Source: an uncultured bacterium
GTDB taxonomy: Bacteria > JAJVIF01 > JAPKYR01
Assembly (NCBI GenBank): GCA_965369865.1
Contig: CBDURU010000086.1
Location: forward strand, 1-15,103
Reading direction: 5' to 3'
DNA: 15,103 nucleotides
Below, piece after piece: positions 1 through 8,774 of this stretch (within the stretch, counting starts at the first letter, position 1; each line of letters opens with the position of its first letter). The notes beneath the pieces were generated by a model that was not told where the DNA came from, searched no databases, and was given only the letters and a program-made list of their open reading frames with translations. The translations under genes and the position numbers were made by a program.

Positions 1-184
1 TCTCAAGATCGGCCATCCGCACCTGGTCCGCTTCAAGCTCCGCGATTCTGGCCTGCTGCACTTCGATTTCCTTCACCAGGTCGTCGGACGTTTTCGTTCC
101 GTCCCTGAGTTGAGTCTCAAGATCGGCCATCCGCACCTGGTCCGCTTCAAGCTCCGCGATTCTGGCCTGTTGCACTTCGATTTC
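1..184. repeat. 114-bp (38-codon) intragenic tandem repeat
   Basis: 1-70 matches 115-184 almost perfectly (tctcaagatcggccatccgcacctggtccgcttcaagctccgcgattctggcctg[c/t]tgcacttcgatttc). The period is 114 bp and in frame. Confidence 0.92.
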
Positions 185-838
185 TTTATCCAGTTTTAAT
201 TTTCCGTCTTCAAGATCATCTATGTTCTTTTGCTTTTCCTTCAGCAGAGGTTCCAGCTTAAAAGTTCGATCGCGGTCTTCTATCAGTCCAGCAATCTTCT
301 TCTCCTGCTCCTTATTCCCGTTTACTGCCTCCTCGTAACTATCCTCCAGTTTCGTCAGTGCATTCCGTGCTTCCAGAACCTGATTTTCCAGTTCGGTCAT
401 CCGCGTGCTTCCACCCTCCAGTTCTGAGTTCCTCGCCCTCAGGCTTTCGACCTCATGCCGGAGTTTCCTGGCCCTGCTGATCGTTTCACTGGTCGATGCA
501 ATTACATCATCCAATGAACTAAGCGAATTACTCACTATTAAATTCTGTCGCTTCAATATTTGAGACTCAGCCTTGCCAGCATTCCGAAGCTTCTCCTTAA
601 GCTCGTCTTCCAGCTCGTCTACAGTTGAGTGTTCCTGCTTATACTTCAGGAGTTCTTCCTTGAGAGTCTCGTTTTCTATGCGGACGTTCTTTGTAAGGAT
701 AATCGCTTCGGATGTCGATGATATGAGGTTGTCCACCACATCCATCGCGTAGTGCAACGATTGTTTTGGGTGTTCCGTTTGAGTTACAGTGTGACTCGTT
801 GAAGTTTGTGGAGCCGCTTGGCCTTCAAAGATAGACAT
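1..838 (-). CDS. Coiled-coil protein with 38-aa tandem repeats (partial; C-terminus runs off the window)
   Basis: Absent from the ORF track because there is no stop in the window. Hand translation from ATG at 838 (GGAGG RBS at about 849-853) is open to position 2: MSIFEGQAAPQTSTSH...ENETLKEELLKYKQEHSTVDELEDELKEKLRNAGK...EIEVQQARIAELEADQVRMADLETQLRDGTKTSDDLVKEIEVQQARIAELEADQVRMADLE. It is E/K/L-rich with a heptad pattern. Confidence 0.85.
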   Translation of the reverse strand, partial: MSIFEGQAAPQTSTSHTVTQTEHPKQSLHYAMDVVDNLISSTSEAIILTKNVRIENETLKEELLKYKQEHSTVDELEDELKEKLRNAGKAESQILKRQNLIVSNSLSSLDDVIASTSETISRARKLRHEVESLRARNSELEGGSTRMTELENQVLEARNALTKLEDSYEEAVNGNKEQEKKIAGLIEDRDRTFKLEPLLKEKQKNIDDLEDGKLKLDKEIEVQQARIAELEADQVRMADLETQLRDGTKTSDDLVKEIEVQQARIAELEADQVRMADLE

Positions 839-1059
839 GGATCCTTAACCTCCGTCATTTGCCCATTCCATCCAAAGTCTCGATGAACAGGCTGGACCCC
901 TCTGCAATAACCCCTTCCTACAGGTACAGATGGTATAGAAATACGGTTGGACCTTCCAGGGAATCTATAATTGTACAATGGAAACGAACATCCTGCCACT
1001 TCTTGCCCGGTTTTTTAGCCTGAAATACAGTTTCGCTCCGGAATCCTGTAAACATTGTG

Positions 1060-1091
1060 AAAAAGCCCTTCTCCGACATGGGAAAAGGCTT
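1060..1091 (-). repeat. Hairpin module copy R1 (terminator-like; no tRNA remnant left)
   Basis: aaaaagcccttctccgacatgggaaaaggctt. The core is nearly identical to the copy at 4330 (ctccgacatg loop). Confidence 0.75.
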
Positions 1092-1121
1092 GTTGTGTTT
1101 ATACACTTATCACAAATGCTG

Positions 1122-1194
1122 TGTTATAATAATTTTCCTTGGAATTCTACCCTTGGTTGATGCAATAAGGTTTAAACCCTAATTATAGCGGAGG
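1122..1194 (+). promoter_or_regulatory. Extended -10 promoter (TGtTATAAT) and RBS for the 805-aa lipoprotein
   Basis: TGTTATAAT at 1122-1130; GGAGG at 1190-1194, 7 nt before ATG 1202. Confidence 0.55.
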
Positions 1195-1201
1195 TATCAA
1201 A

Positions 1202-3619
1202 ATGTATCGATGGACGGTTGCATTCGCAGCTATCGTTATCAGTTCGATAGTTGCCTTGGGTTGTTCCGGTGGTAATGATGCCGGAACCCCGGTAGTCCCG
1301 GCATCGGGACAGGATATCAGCTCCGGATTAAACACATCCGAACCGGCACAACAGGCTCATAATTACCTGCTCGGCTACTATGATGTATATTTCGACATCA
1401 ACAACCAGACCATGGAAGTAGTCGAGAACCGTACAACGAATTTCACGATCAATATCGTGCCTTTCCTTAACAAGATGACAAGTCCGCCGAATGGTATCTC
1501 GTTCGGGACCATCGTCTTAGATGATTCGGACCCGGAATTGTTGTTGATCGATGTCGAATTCCGGTGGCACCACCCGTTCCCAACTCTCAAACAATATAAA
1601 GTCTATGACTTTATTGGTGCTATCATCACTGATGGCGATATATATCCCGGTTACACAGGACTGAGACGATCAAGGCGTGGTGAGAACACGTACATGACCA
1701 ACGCCGATGGATACACACGCTGGTTTAACCCGACAGAATTCACGACCGAACTGATTTTCGGATGGGCTCCCGGAGGAATACAGAACTGGGAGGGTAACGC
1801 GCACCTGAACCCGTACAAATACTATGCCAAAGGCCTTGGTCCCGATGACAGCCTGTGGGAATTCCTTGAAAGCGGCTCTAATAATGACGGGGTCTTCGAA
1901 TCCGGGGGCGGTCGTACGATGTCCCTCGAATTCCCCATACCGCCCGCTGGTGACGGCCTTGTTTTCGGCTATGCAGCTATCTGCTGCTGGGAAGAGCAGT
2001 TTGACGGTCCGTACACTCCCTATCACCGTGACGAATCAATCGCCTGCAAGGTTACCGTGACGGATAATCTTTATTATATTGACAGCTTCAATTACGGCGG
2101 AAACCTGATCCTTGATATTGACATCTGGGCCTGGGAAGAACAGCCTTCCGAAATAAAAGTTGAATCGTCTGTGCTGACTTCACCGGTACTAGTTACCGAT
2201 CCCCTAATAGGTGGGGAGCACTACTCCACATACCACCTCGACGTCCCTTCAGGCACCATTGATGGTACTGAAGGCCATTCCTTCTGGGTAATCGCGGAAA
2301 GCTCGGCTTATAATTACATCAATATTGAGGGAGTCCCGGCTCCACATGAAACCGAAGCGCTCACTGCATACTTCCTCTTTCCACTTTACGTTGCCGACGC
2401 GCCTTACAACATACCACCAATTATCGACAGTGGGGTGACAGGTGAGGAGGACCTCAGCGTTGGCGCGGTTGAGACATACAATGTAACCGCACATGACGAT
2501 GATCCCGGTGATGTTTTGTCTTATTCCTGGACGGTCACCGATAACTCAACATCGACTCCCGTTTCGGGATATGACGGGGTCCCCGGCGACGGTGCTGGTA
2601 ACCTTATAGTTGATTTCGGCGCAATAGGCAGCACCGTTGGCGATAGCTATGATATCGATTGCGATGTCTCTGATGGGAAGGATGAAACCGCGGCAACTAC
2701 ACTTACGGCCACAGTTACAAACACCCCACCTGTTATTGATTCAGGAGTAGATGGTGATGATGAACCGTTTATTCTGGATACGGAGACCTACTCGGTTACC
2801 GCTCATGATGACGATTTTGATCCATTAACCTACTCCTGGACAGTCACAGACAATTCTACAGGCACCCCGGTTACGGGCTATGATGGTGTAACCGGCGACG
2901 GTTCGGGTAATCTGGACGTCGACTGGGCCGCTGTAGGCGCGGAAAACCTGGATGAGTATGACATCGACTGTGAGGTCAGCGATGGTAAAGCTCCCCCGGT
3001 CGCGGCCACAACTCTGACAGTGACATGTGACAACATACTGTTTTTTGACGATATGGAATCAGGCGAGGGCGACTGGATCCATACATATTCAGGTCCCAAT
3101 AATGGCTGGGCAATTGTTGCGGGTGGCAATGACGGGCACTGGTGGCATTCGAATGCAGGATCATCGTCCAAGCAGCCCGCGGAGTGTGCAAGGCTGTTCA
3201 CTCCTGAAATAACGATTCCATCAGGACTTTCTGCAGTCCATCTTGAGTTCTATCATGAAGCTCGCGGTATGTTCTACAGCAACACAGTCTATCTGGGTCC
3301 TGCTCTCCTCAAGACGGAGAATGATGGCTCAACCATGGACAAGGTCGTGTATCCAGTTATTTCTGGTCCTCAATATGACAACTGGAACTATCCATACGGG
3401 AGCACATATCATTTCGGGCTTGCATGGGTATGCAACCCATTCAATTGCTGGGGTGTTCCTTCATGGACTACGGTTACTTCCCCGACCACGAGTAAGGTTA
3501 ATGTTTCATCAGAGACCGGGCATACGCTCAGGTTTGCATTTGCGTATGGCCATGGGGTGTGGTATGCGGGCAACTACATCTGGGCCGTGGACGATGTGAA
3601 GGTTACCGTTGAACCATAA
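1202..3619 (+). CDS. Large surface lipoprotein: uncharacterised N-terminal domain, two Ig/cadherin-like repeats and a C-terminal MAM/cleaved-adhesin-like beta-sandwich
   Basis: 805-aa ORF with a strong RBS and lipobox IVALG-C. It has two NxPPxI...A(H)DDD...L(S/T)YSW...VSDG repeats. The C-terminal FFDDMESGEGDW...LFTPEI...WAVDDVKV pattern is typical of MAM-like domains. Confidence 0.8.
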   Translation: MYRWTVAFAAIVISSIVALGCSGGNDAGTPVVPASGQDISSGLNTSEPAQQAHNYLLGYYDVYFDINNQTMEVVENRTTNFTINIVPFLNKMTSPPNGISFGTIVLDDSDPELLLIDVEFRWHHPFPTLKQYKVYDFIGAIITDGDIYPGYTGLRRSRRGENTYMTNADGYTRWFNPTEFTTELIFGWAPGGIQNWEGNAHLNPYKYYAKGLGPDDSLWEFLESGSNNDGVFESGGGRTMSLEFPIPPAGDGLVFGYAAICCWEEQFDGPYTPYHRDESIACKVTVTDNLYYIDSFNYGGNLILDIDIWAWEEQPSEIKVESSVLTSPVLVTDPLIGGEHYSTYHLDVPSGTIDGTEGHSFWVIAESSAYNYINIEGVPAPHETEALTAYFLFPLYVADAPYNIPPIIDSGVTGEEDLSVGAVETYNVTAHDDDPGDVLSYSWTVTDNSTSTPVSGYDGVPGDGAGNLIVDFGAIGSTVGDSYDIDCDVSDGKDETAATTLTATVTNTPPVIDSGVDGDDEPFILDTETYSVTAHDDDFDPLTYSWTVTDNSTGTPVTGYDGVTGDGSGNLDVDWAAVGAENLDEYDIDCEVSDGKAPPVAATTLTVTCDNILFFDDMESGEGDWIHTYSGPNNGWAIVAGGNDGHWWHSNAGSSSKQPAECARLFTPEITIPSGLSAVHLEFYHEARGMFYSNTVYLGPALLKTENDGSTMDKVVYPVISGPQYDNWNYPYGSTYHFGLAWVCNPFNCWGVPSWTTVTSPTTSKVNVSSETGHTLRFAFAYGHGVWYAGNYIWAVDDVKVTVEP
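2408..3031 (+). repeat. Two tandem 104-aa Ig-like domain repeats (312-bp period)
   Basis: NIPPIIDSGVTG...YSWTVTDNSTSTPVSGYDGVPGDGAGNL...YDIDCDVSDGK versus NTPPVIDSGVDG...YSWTVTDNSTGTPVTGYDGVTGDGSGNL...YDIDCEVSDGK. Confidence 0.9.
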
Positions 3620-3649
3620 TGGAAATTGCGTTTCAATGACCTTATCTTT

Positions 3650-3675
3650 CCCCCTTCGCGTTGGAGGGGGTTTTT
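3650..3675 (+). terminator. Intrinsic terminator after the lipoprotein gene
   Basis: CCCCCTTC-gcgtt-GGAGGGGG followed by TTTTT, 30 nt after the stop codon. Confidence 0.7.
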
Positions 3676-3729
3676 GTTTCTCGCAAAACACCATCCGTAC
3701 CCCGCGTGTATTTGAAATATAATAACGGC

Positions 3730-4287
3730 ATGAACGAAGAACTCAGGGAAATTCTGATCCGGGTTTTCAGCATTCCTCTCGGACTGGTCATTGTGGCCAT
3801 TGTGCTGACTTTGAAAAAACAGCCAGTTAAAGAATTTTTTGCCCTGAAAATCACCACCGCCAAAAATTCGTTGTTCTGGTTTCTGTGGTATATCCCCGTC
3901 TTTATCCTTTGCGAAATCTGATATTTTGGACTTGGCCTTCATGAAGGCAAGATATGGGATTATGCCGTTCCTGTAATGATTGTTCGAGCTTTGGGAATAA
4001 TTATCCTTGCCCCTGTCACAGAGGAATTAATATTCAGGGGAGTCCTTTTCAAAGCAATTGCAGACGCAAAACCGGGACCTGTCGGTGCGGTTATACTTAC
4101 GACCATTATCTTTACCGCGGTCCATTACCAGTATGGAATCCTCGACCTGGTCACTATATTTGTGGGTTCTTTTAACTGGGGATGGGTGAGATACAAAACG
4201 GGCTCAACCTTCCTTCCAATTGCCATGCACGTTTTTCATAACACGATATCGGTAATTGAATTCATCTGGATCAACAGGATCATGTAG
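3730..4287 (+). pseudogene. CPBP/CAAX (Abi family) intramembrane metalloprotease interrupted by one in-frame TGA (3919-3921); pseudogene, sequencing error or recoded
   Basis: Track ORFs 3661..3921 and 3976..4287 share a frame and join across a single TGA: MNEELREIL...FILCEI*YFGLGLHEGKIWDYAVPVMIVRALG. The family motifs EELIFRG, FTAVH and HVFHN are all intact. Confidence 0.8.
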
Positions 4288-4329
4288 TTAAGGAAATCAG
4301 AATCTCTGGGTGATTCACGATAACAAATT

Positions 4330-4419
4330 AAAAAAGCCCCTCTCCGACATGAAAAAGGGCTTCAGGTTTTCAGCGGCTCTCAACGCTGGACAAATTTCGA
4401 ACCTGGTTGGTGAGAGCCG
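4330..4419 (-). repeat. Hairpin module copy R2 with a degenerate tRNA-3'-end-like tail
   Basis: aaaaaagcccctctccgacatgaaaaagggctt-cagg-ttttcag-cggctc...ggac...cgaacc parallels the tRNA locus aagggctt-aca-ttttcag-tggctc...ggac..gaacc. Confidence 0.7.
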
Positions 4420-4538
4420 GGTGCCGCCCACAAGCGCCGTTCTGTAAAGAATCCATTCCCAATTTCCTCCATATCCAGCATCTATATCAAATGATTCAAC
4501 TTACAGAAAAGCTTGTGGGTGATTTATGATAACAAATT

Positions 4539-4568
4539 AAAAAGCCCTCCTCCGATCCGGAAAAGGGT
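4539..4568 (-). repeat. Hairpin module copy R3 (probably also the terminator for the S8 peptidase gene)
   Basis: aaaaagccctcctccgatccggaaaagggt, with a flank shared with R2 (tgggtgatt.a.gataacaaatt). It lies 85 nt after the S8 stop codon on the minus strand. Confidence 0.7.
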
Positions 4569-4652
4569 ATTATTTATGCTGACAAACAGCGGATTAAAAC
4601 AGCGTATGGTTATCCCACCGTATATCCAGATGTGAGCCCAATTTGGAAATCC

Positions 4653-6962
4653 CTATTCGATATGTACGATACCTGATTGAACAGGGAATAAGTAGTATTC
4701 AACCGATGCCATTTCCAGGGTCAGGTCCTTATAGGTTTCCATGGATACATACAACCGAGACCCCGGCTCGACTCCGACATCTATGTCGCAGATTATAAAC
4801 AGAACCAACGGTTCCTCGTTCGAAAATTCGAAATGAATATCATTGAATCTCGTTCGGTTGAAGAGAGGATTTGTATCAGATGCGATCAACTCGTCACCTG
4901 GATCGAAATCACCACCTCCATCGGAATCGATATACAAATTCACTGCCCCGAAACGCGCCAGAGAATCGGATGAATGCTTGTTGATAATTAATTCATTTAG
5001 CCAGCCGATGCAGGGAGTTTCGAATTGCAGTTTCAATAACGGTACATCCGTATCTCCGGGAAGTGCCGATACGGGCGCGATACTCTCATCCATGAGCACA
5101 AGATTGTTCGTATTATTTTTAATCTTCAGACCGTAGGTAGTTGAGTTCCCCAGGTCCGGCGAATAGACGCTAAGGTAATATGTGGCCCCTTCATGCACAC
5201 CTGTCACGATGGATTCAAACGATGAATCGGCATGGTTCTCACCAGTCGAGTCGGCGATCATCTGGTAAAACCATGGATTTGGATAAAGGGCCATATCGAG
5301 GTCCTGACCCCATGTATAAATGTCGAGGAGGATTTCGAGGCAGCCGTCGGATTCAGCGGTGAATCTGTAGAGGTCCCAGGGATCGGCGAACGGATTATCC
5401 AGGGAAACATCATGAATGCTGTCGTACAGTTCGATTCCTGTGGGGGTGAAGTCGAGTTGCGCGAAGCCATTATGGTCTTCAAGGTCGGTGAAACGGTCGG
5501 ATCCGTAAACCGCCCGAAGCGCGTTAACACGTCCCCATCCCGTATGGATATCGAAGCCCGGTTCATGGAGGTCGTCTGCGGTCTGTTCGATCCTCTCGCG
5601 GTACCAGTACCCGTGCTCATCCGGATGGTATGAAATAATCAAAGCCATGACGCCAGCCGTTGTGGGGGTCGCGCACGAGGTGCCGTTAAAAAACGGGTGA
5701 TTGACGCCATCCCAGTATTGATCGTCTCCGGAGCCGAATATTGTGTAATACTTTTCGCCATATCCCGCAATGCTTAGGTGATCCCCATAGGAAGAGCCCC
5801 ACCACCAATTGCCCCAGGTCGGTGAGATTCTCCTTTCATCATGCGGGACGCCCCATCTGGTGAACGGCACGACAGCGGAGACAGCCATAACGCAATCATA
5901 TCCTGCAGGATAATTTACTTCCGTTCCATTGAAATTACCGGCGGCTGCGAGCATCATTGGCCCGTTACCGTCGTCCCAGGTATCATATGCGGCAATTTCC
6001 AGAACCTCAGTGGGGAAGGGGACATAAAAGGACATGGAGATAATGTCGGCACCGTTGGTCTTTGCGTAGTCCCAGCCTTCCACGACATTGTCGACAGGGC
6101 CAAGTGCCAGTATCCCGCAGTCAGCACGAATCGCCATCACACGTACGTTGGGGGCAATACCGCTGACTCCGACATTATTATCCTGGGTGGCTGCTATAAC
6201 ACCCGCGCAGGCGGTTCCGTGATACCAGTTCGAGCCGTCAAGATCGAACGGAATATTGTTCTGCTCCCAGCAGTTCCATCCCCACCAGTCATCAATCCAG
6301 CCATTTTCGTCATTGTCGATACCGTCATCGGGATTAAGGTATTCAATCTCATTTATCCATATATTTGCGTTGATATCCTCGTGCGTGAAACGTATGCCCG
6401 TGTCCAGGACCGCGACAATTACGTTTTCATCGCCCTTCGTGTCGTTCCAGACGATACTGGCGCCGAGTTTCGCGGGGCCCCACTGCTCCCAGATACTGTT
6501 GCGGGGATCGTCGTCCGGGTCGCTGTCGCTTTCCCACATCGGATCGTTCGGAACATAGGGTGCACCTGAAAAATGCACGAGATAGTTGGGCTCGACGATT
6601 CGGATTCCGGGATCGGTTTTCAGACTGTCGCACATTTCTTCCACCGGAGTGCTATCTGTAATTCTCATTCGATGGAGGGTACCCCAGTTGTAAGCTTTCT
6701 CCCGCACCGGGGTGAGAGGAAATTGGTCGAAGAACGTGCCGCCCGCAGACGCTTCGGTTTCATCGGTGAGCACCACCAGGATCTCACCAGGCATAAAAAT
6801 TTGTCCATCCAAATCCAGATGAGTTCCGGGGGACAATCCTTCCGACCTCTGTATATCCGGGAGTGCGGGATCATTTGATGTATTGCATCCGACAACTGCC
6901 AAAGCGATGAAAGGCAGGAGGATAAGCAACCTTAAAATGTGACCCGATTTCAATAAACGCAT
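4653..6962 (-). CDS. S8 (subtilisin-family) serine peptidase lipoprotein with prodomain, PPC-like domain and C-terminal beta domain
   Basis: Catalytic triad motifs VAVLDTG, YHGTACAGVIAA and FNGTSCATP, plus oxyanion AAAGN. Lipobox AVVG-C. The DLYRF...DLDMALY motif is PPC-like. RBS GAGGA. Confidence 0.93.
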   Translation of the reverse strand: MRLLKSGHILRLLILLPFIALAVVGCNTSNDPALPDIQRSEGLSPGTHLDLDGQIFMPGEILVVLTDETEASAGGTFFDQFPLTPVREKAYNWGTLHRMRITDSTPVEEMCDSLKTDPGIRIVEPNYLVHFSGAPYVPNDPMWESDSDPDDDPRNSIWEQWGPAKLGASIVWNDTKGDENVIVAVLDTGIRFTHEDINANIWINEIEYLNPDDGIDNDENGWIDDWWGWNCWEQNNIPFDLDGSNWYHGTACAGVIAATQDNNVGVSGIAPNVRVMAIRADCGILALGPVDNVVEGWDYAKTNGADIISMSFYVPFPTEVLEIAAYDTWDDGNGPMMLAAAGNFNGTEVNYPAGYDCVMAVSAVVPFTRWGVPHDERRISPTWGNWWWGSSYGDHLSIAGYGEKYYTIFGSGDDQYWDGVNHPFFNGTSCATPTTAGVMALIISYHPDEHGYWYRERIEQTADDLHEPGFDIHTGWGRVNALRAVYGSDRFTDLEDHNGFAQLDFTPTGIELYDSIHDVSLDNPFADPWDLYRFTAESDGCLEILLDIYTWGQDLDMALYPNPWFYQMIADSTGENHADSSFESIVTGVHEGATYYLSVYSPDLGNSTTYGLKIKNNTNNLVLMDESIAPVSALPGDTDVPLLKLQFETPCIGWLNELIINKHSSDSLARFGAVNLYIDSDGGGDFDPGDELIASDTNPLFNRTRFNDIHFEFSNEEPLVLFIICDIDVGVEPGSRLYVSMETYKDLTLEMASVEYYLFPVQSGIVHIE

Positions 6963-6992
6963 ATGACACTTCCTCGTAACGATACTGTGAGA

Positions 6993-7001
6993 ATTATAGC
7001 A
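6993..7001 (-). promoter_or_regulatory. Extended -10 element (TGcTATAAT) for the S8 peptidase
   Basis: Reverse complement of attatagca, about 30 nt upstream of ATG 6962. Confidence 0.5.
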
Positions 7002-7080
7002 TTGCAGGTGAATAACGAACAGACGCGAGGTGATTTAAATGCAACATAGCTTAGCAGGGCAGATCCTCAACAAACTGTGC

Positions 7081-8526
7081 TCAAACCGGGAGCCCCAGTG
7101 CGACAGCTACTCCTTTGCCGTAATCCGGATCAGCCTTCATGCAGTTTCCGATGTGACGTTTCTTGATCATATCGGGGGCATCGCCCATGTTTCGTGCGGT
7201 ATTTTCAAAAAGGACTTTCTGCTGTTCGGGACTCATTATGCGGAATAAATTGCCTGCTTGTGAGTAGTAATCGTCATTGTCCTCACGATGATTCCAGTGA
7301 TCCGCCGCGGCTTCGGCTATTTCGAGCGGCGGCTCCTTGAATTCCGGTTGCTCCTGCCATTCTTCATAACTGTTAGGCTCATAGCCAAGTGTTCCGCCTG
7401 AGTTATCATCGATCCTCATCTGTCCGTCCCGATGGAATGTGTTAACCGGACACTTCGCTTTATTGACCGGAATCAGGTGATGATTGACCCCAAGTCGATA
7501 TCGCTGGGCGTCTCCGTATGAGAAAAGCCGTCCCTGGAGCATCTTGTCAGGTGAAAAACCAATGCCAGGAACAATATTCGCCGGATTGAACGCAGCCTGC
7601 TCTACATCGGCAAAGTAATTTTCAGGATTTTTATTAAGTTCGAGTACACCTACATCGATCAATGGGTAATCACCGTGCGGCCAGACTTTTGTTAGGTCGA
7701 ATGGATTGAACGGGAAGTTTGCTGCATCTTTTTCAGGTACTACTTGGATCTTCAGATTCCACTTCGGAAACTCACCTGCGTCAATGCTGTTAAATAAATC
7801 GCGCTGATGACTCTCCCTGTCCTTACCTACAATCTCCTCGGCTTCCTGATCAGTTAAAATTTTAATTCCCTGCTGAGTTTTAAAATGGAACTTGACCCAG
7901 AAGCGCTCGTCATCTGCATTTATCAGGCTGAACGTATGACTCCCGTAACCGTTCATATGGCGATAGGAGTAAGGAATCCCCCGGTCGCTCATTGTAATCG
8001 TGACCTGATGTAAAGCTTCCGGCAGGTTGGTCCAGAAATCCCAGTTATTCCGGGCGTTCCGAAGATTTGTTTTGGGATCCCGCTTCACGGCGTGATTGAG
8101 ATCGGGAAACTTCATCGGATCCTTCAGGAAGAAGACAGGTGTGTTGTTACCAACAAGGTCCCAGTTGCCTTCCTCGGTGTAAAACTTGATTGCAAATCCG
8201 CGAATATCGCGTTCGGCATCTGCAGCACCACGTTCACCTGCAACTGTTGAGAATCGAACGAAAAGTTCTGTGCTTTTTCCAACTTCGGAAAATATTTTAG
8301 CTTTTGTATACTCGGTAATATCGTTTTTTACCGTGAAAGTGCCAAAGGCTCCCGAACCCTTCGCGTGCATGCGGCGTTCGGGTATTACCTCGCGATCGAA
8401 GTGCGCCAGTTTTTCCAGGAACCAGGCGTCCTGAAGGAGCGCGGGACCGCGTGGCCCGGCACTCATGATGTTCTGATTGTCGACAATCGGTGCGCCGACA
8501 TTGCTTGTAAGCTTCTTTTTTTTCAC
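7081..8526 (-). CDS. katA: Monofunctional small-subunit heme catalase
   Basis: [15 protein letters not shown] (distal His), [16 protein letters not shown] and [14 protein letters not shown] (proximal Tyr). 481 aa, GTG start with AGGAGG RBS. Confidence 0.97.
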   Translation of the reverse strand: MKKKKLTSNVGAPIVDNQNIMSAGPRGPALLQDAWFLEKLAHFDREVIPERRMHAKGSGAFGTFTVKNDITEYTKAKIFSEVGKSTELFVRFSTVAGERGAADAERDIRGFAIKFYTEEGNWDLVGNNTPVFFLKDPMKFPDLNHAVKRDPKTNLRNARNNWDFWTNLPEALHQVTITMSDRGIPYSYRHMNGYGSHTFSLINADDERFWVKFHFKTQQGIKILTDQEAEEIVGKDRESHQRDLFNSIDAGEFPKWNLKIQVVPEKDAANFPFNPFDLTKVWPHGDYPLIDVGVLELNKNPENYFADVEQAAFNPANIVPGIGFSPDKMLQGRLFSYGDAQRYRLGVNHHLIPVNKAKCPVNTFHRDGQMRIDDNSGGTLGYEPNSYEEWQEQPEFKEPPLEIAEAAADHWNHREDNDDYYSQAGNLFRIMSPEQQKVLFENTARNMGDAPDMIKKRHIGNCMKADPDYGKGVAVALGLPV

Positions 8527-8670
8527 TTTTCTTTATCCTCCTTCCAGAATGTCTAACGTATGTTTTATCAGGATAACCACAATTTGTAAAGCGTAACACA
8601 GGTGAGAATCCCCGCACGTGCTGGTATCAATGCCCACGAGTCATTAAATAGGATAAATGAAATGAATTTT

Positions 8671-8704
8671 AAAAAAAGCCCTCCTCCAATCCAGAAAAGG
8701 GCTT
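8671..8704 (-). repeat. Hairpin module copy R4 (terminator-like)
   Basis: aaaaaaagccctcctccaatccagaaaagggctt, with stem and A-run matching the tRNA terminator at 10267-10300. Confidence 0.85.
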
Positions 8705-8706
8705 CT

Positions 8707-8774
8707 ATTTTCAGTGGCTCCGCGCCTCGGACTCGAACCAAGAATTCGCCGCGGTGAATTAACAGCCGTTTGGT
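8707..8774 (-). pseudogene. tRNA-Asn 3' fragment (att-like direct repeat) with a palindromic replacement after the anticodon loop
   Basis: 8707-8744 matches 10303-10340 at 37/38 nt. 8759-8768 (ttaacagccg) matches 10349-10358. There is no D-arm or 5' acceptor strand. Confidence 0.9.

Noticed and set aside
3032..3619. Aromatic/Asn-rich C-terminal domain as a diversity-generating retroelement target
   Set aside because: No template repeat differing at adenines and no reverse transcriptase is visible in the window.
3919..3921. Alternative genetic code (TGA = Trp or Gly) as the explanation of the in-frame stop
   Set aside because: Catalase (7081) and the 239-aa gene (14189) end on TGA at plausible C-termini, and the long ORFs contain no other internal TGA.
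5841..6569. 242-aa + strand ORF and other short track ORFs overlapping the S8 gene
   Set aside because: Antisense shadows of a well-supported gene, with no recognisable motifs.
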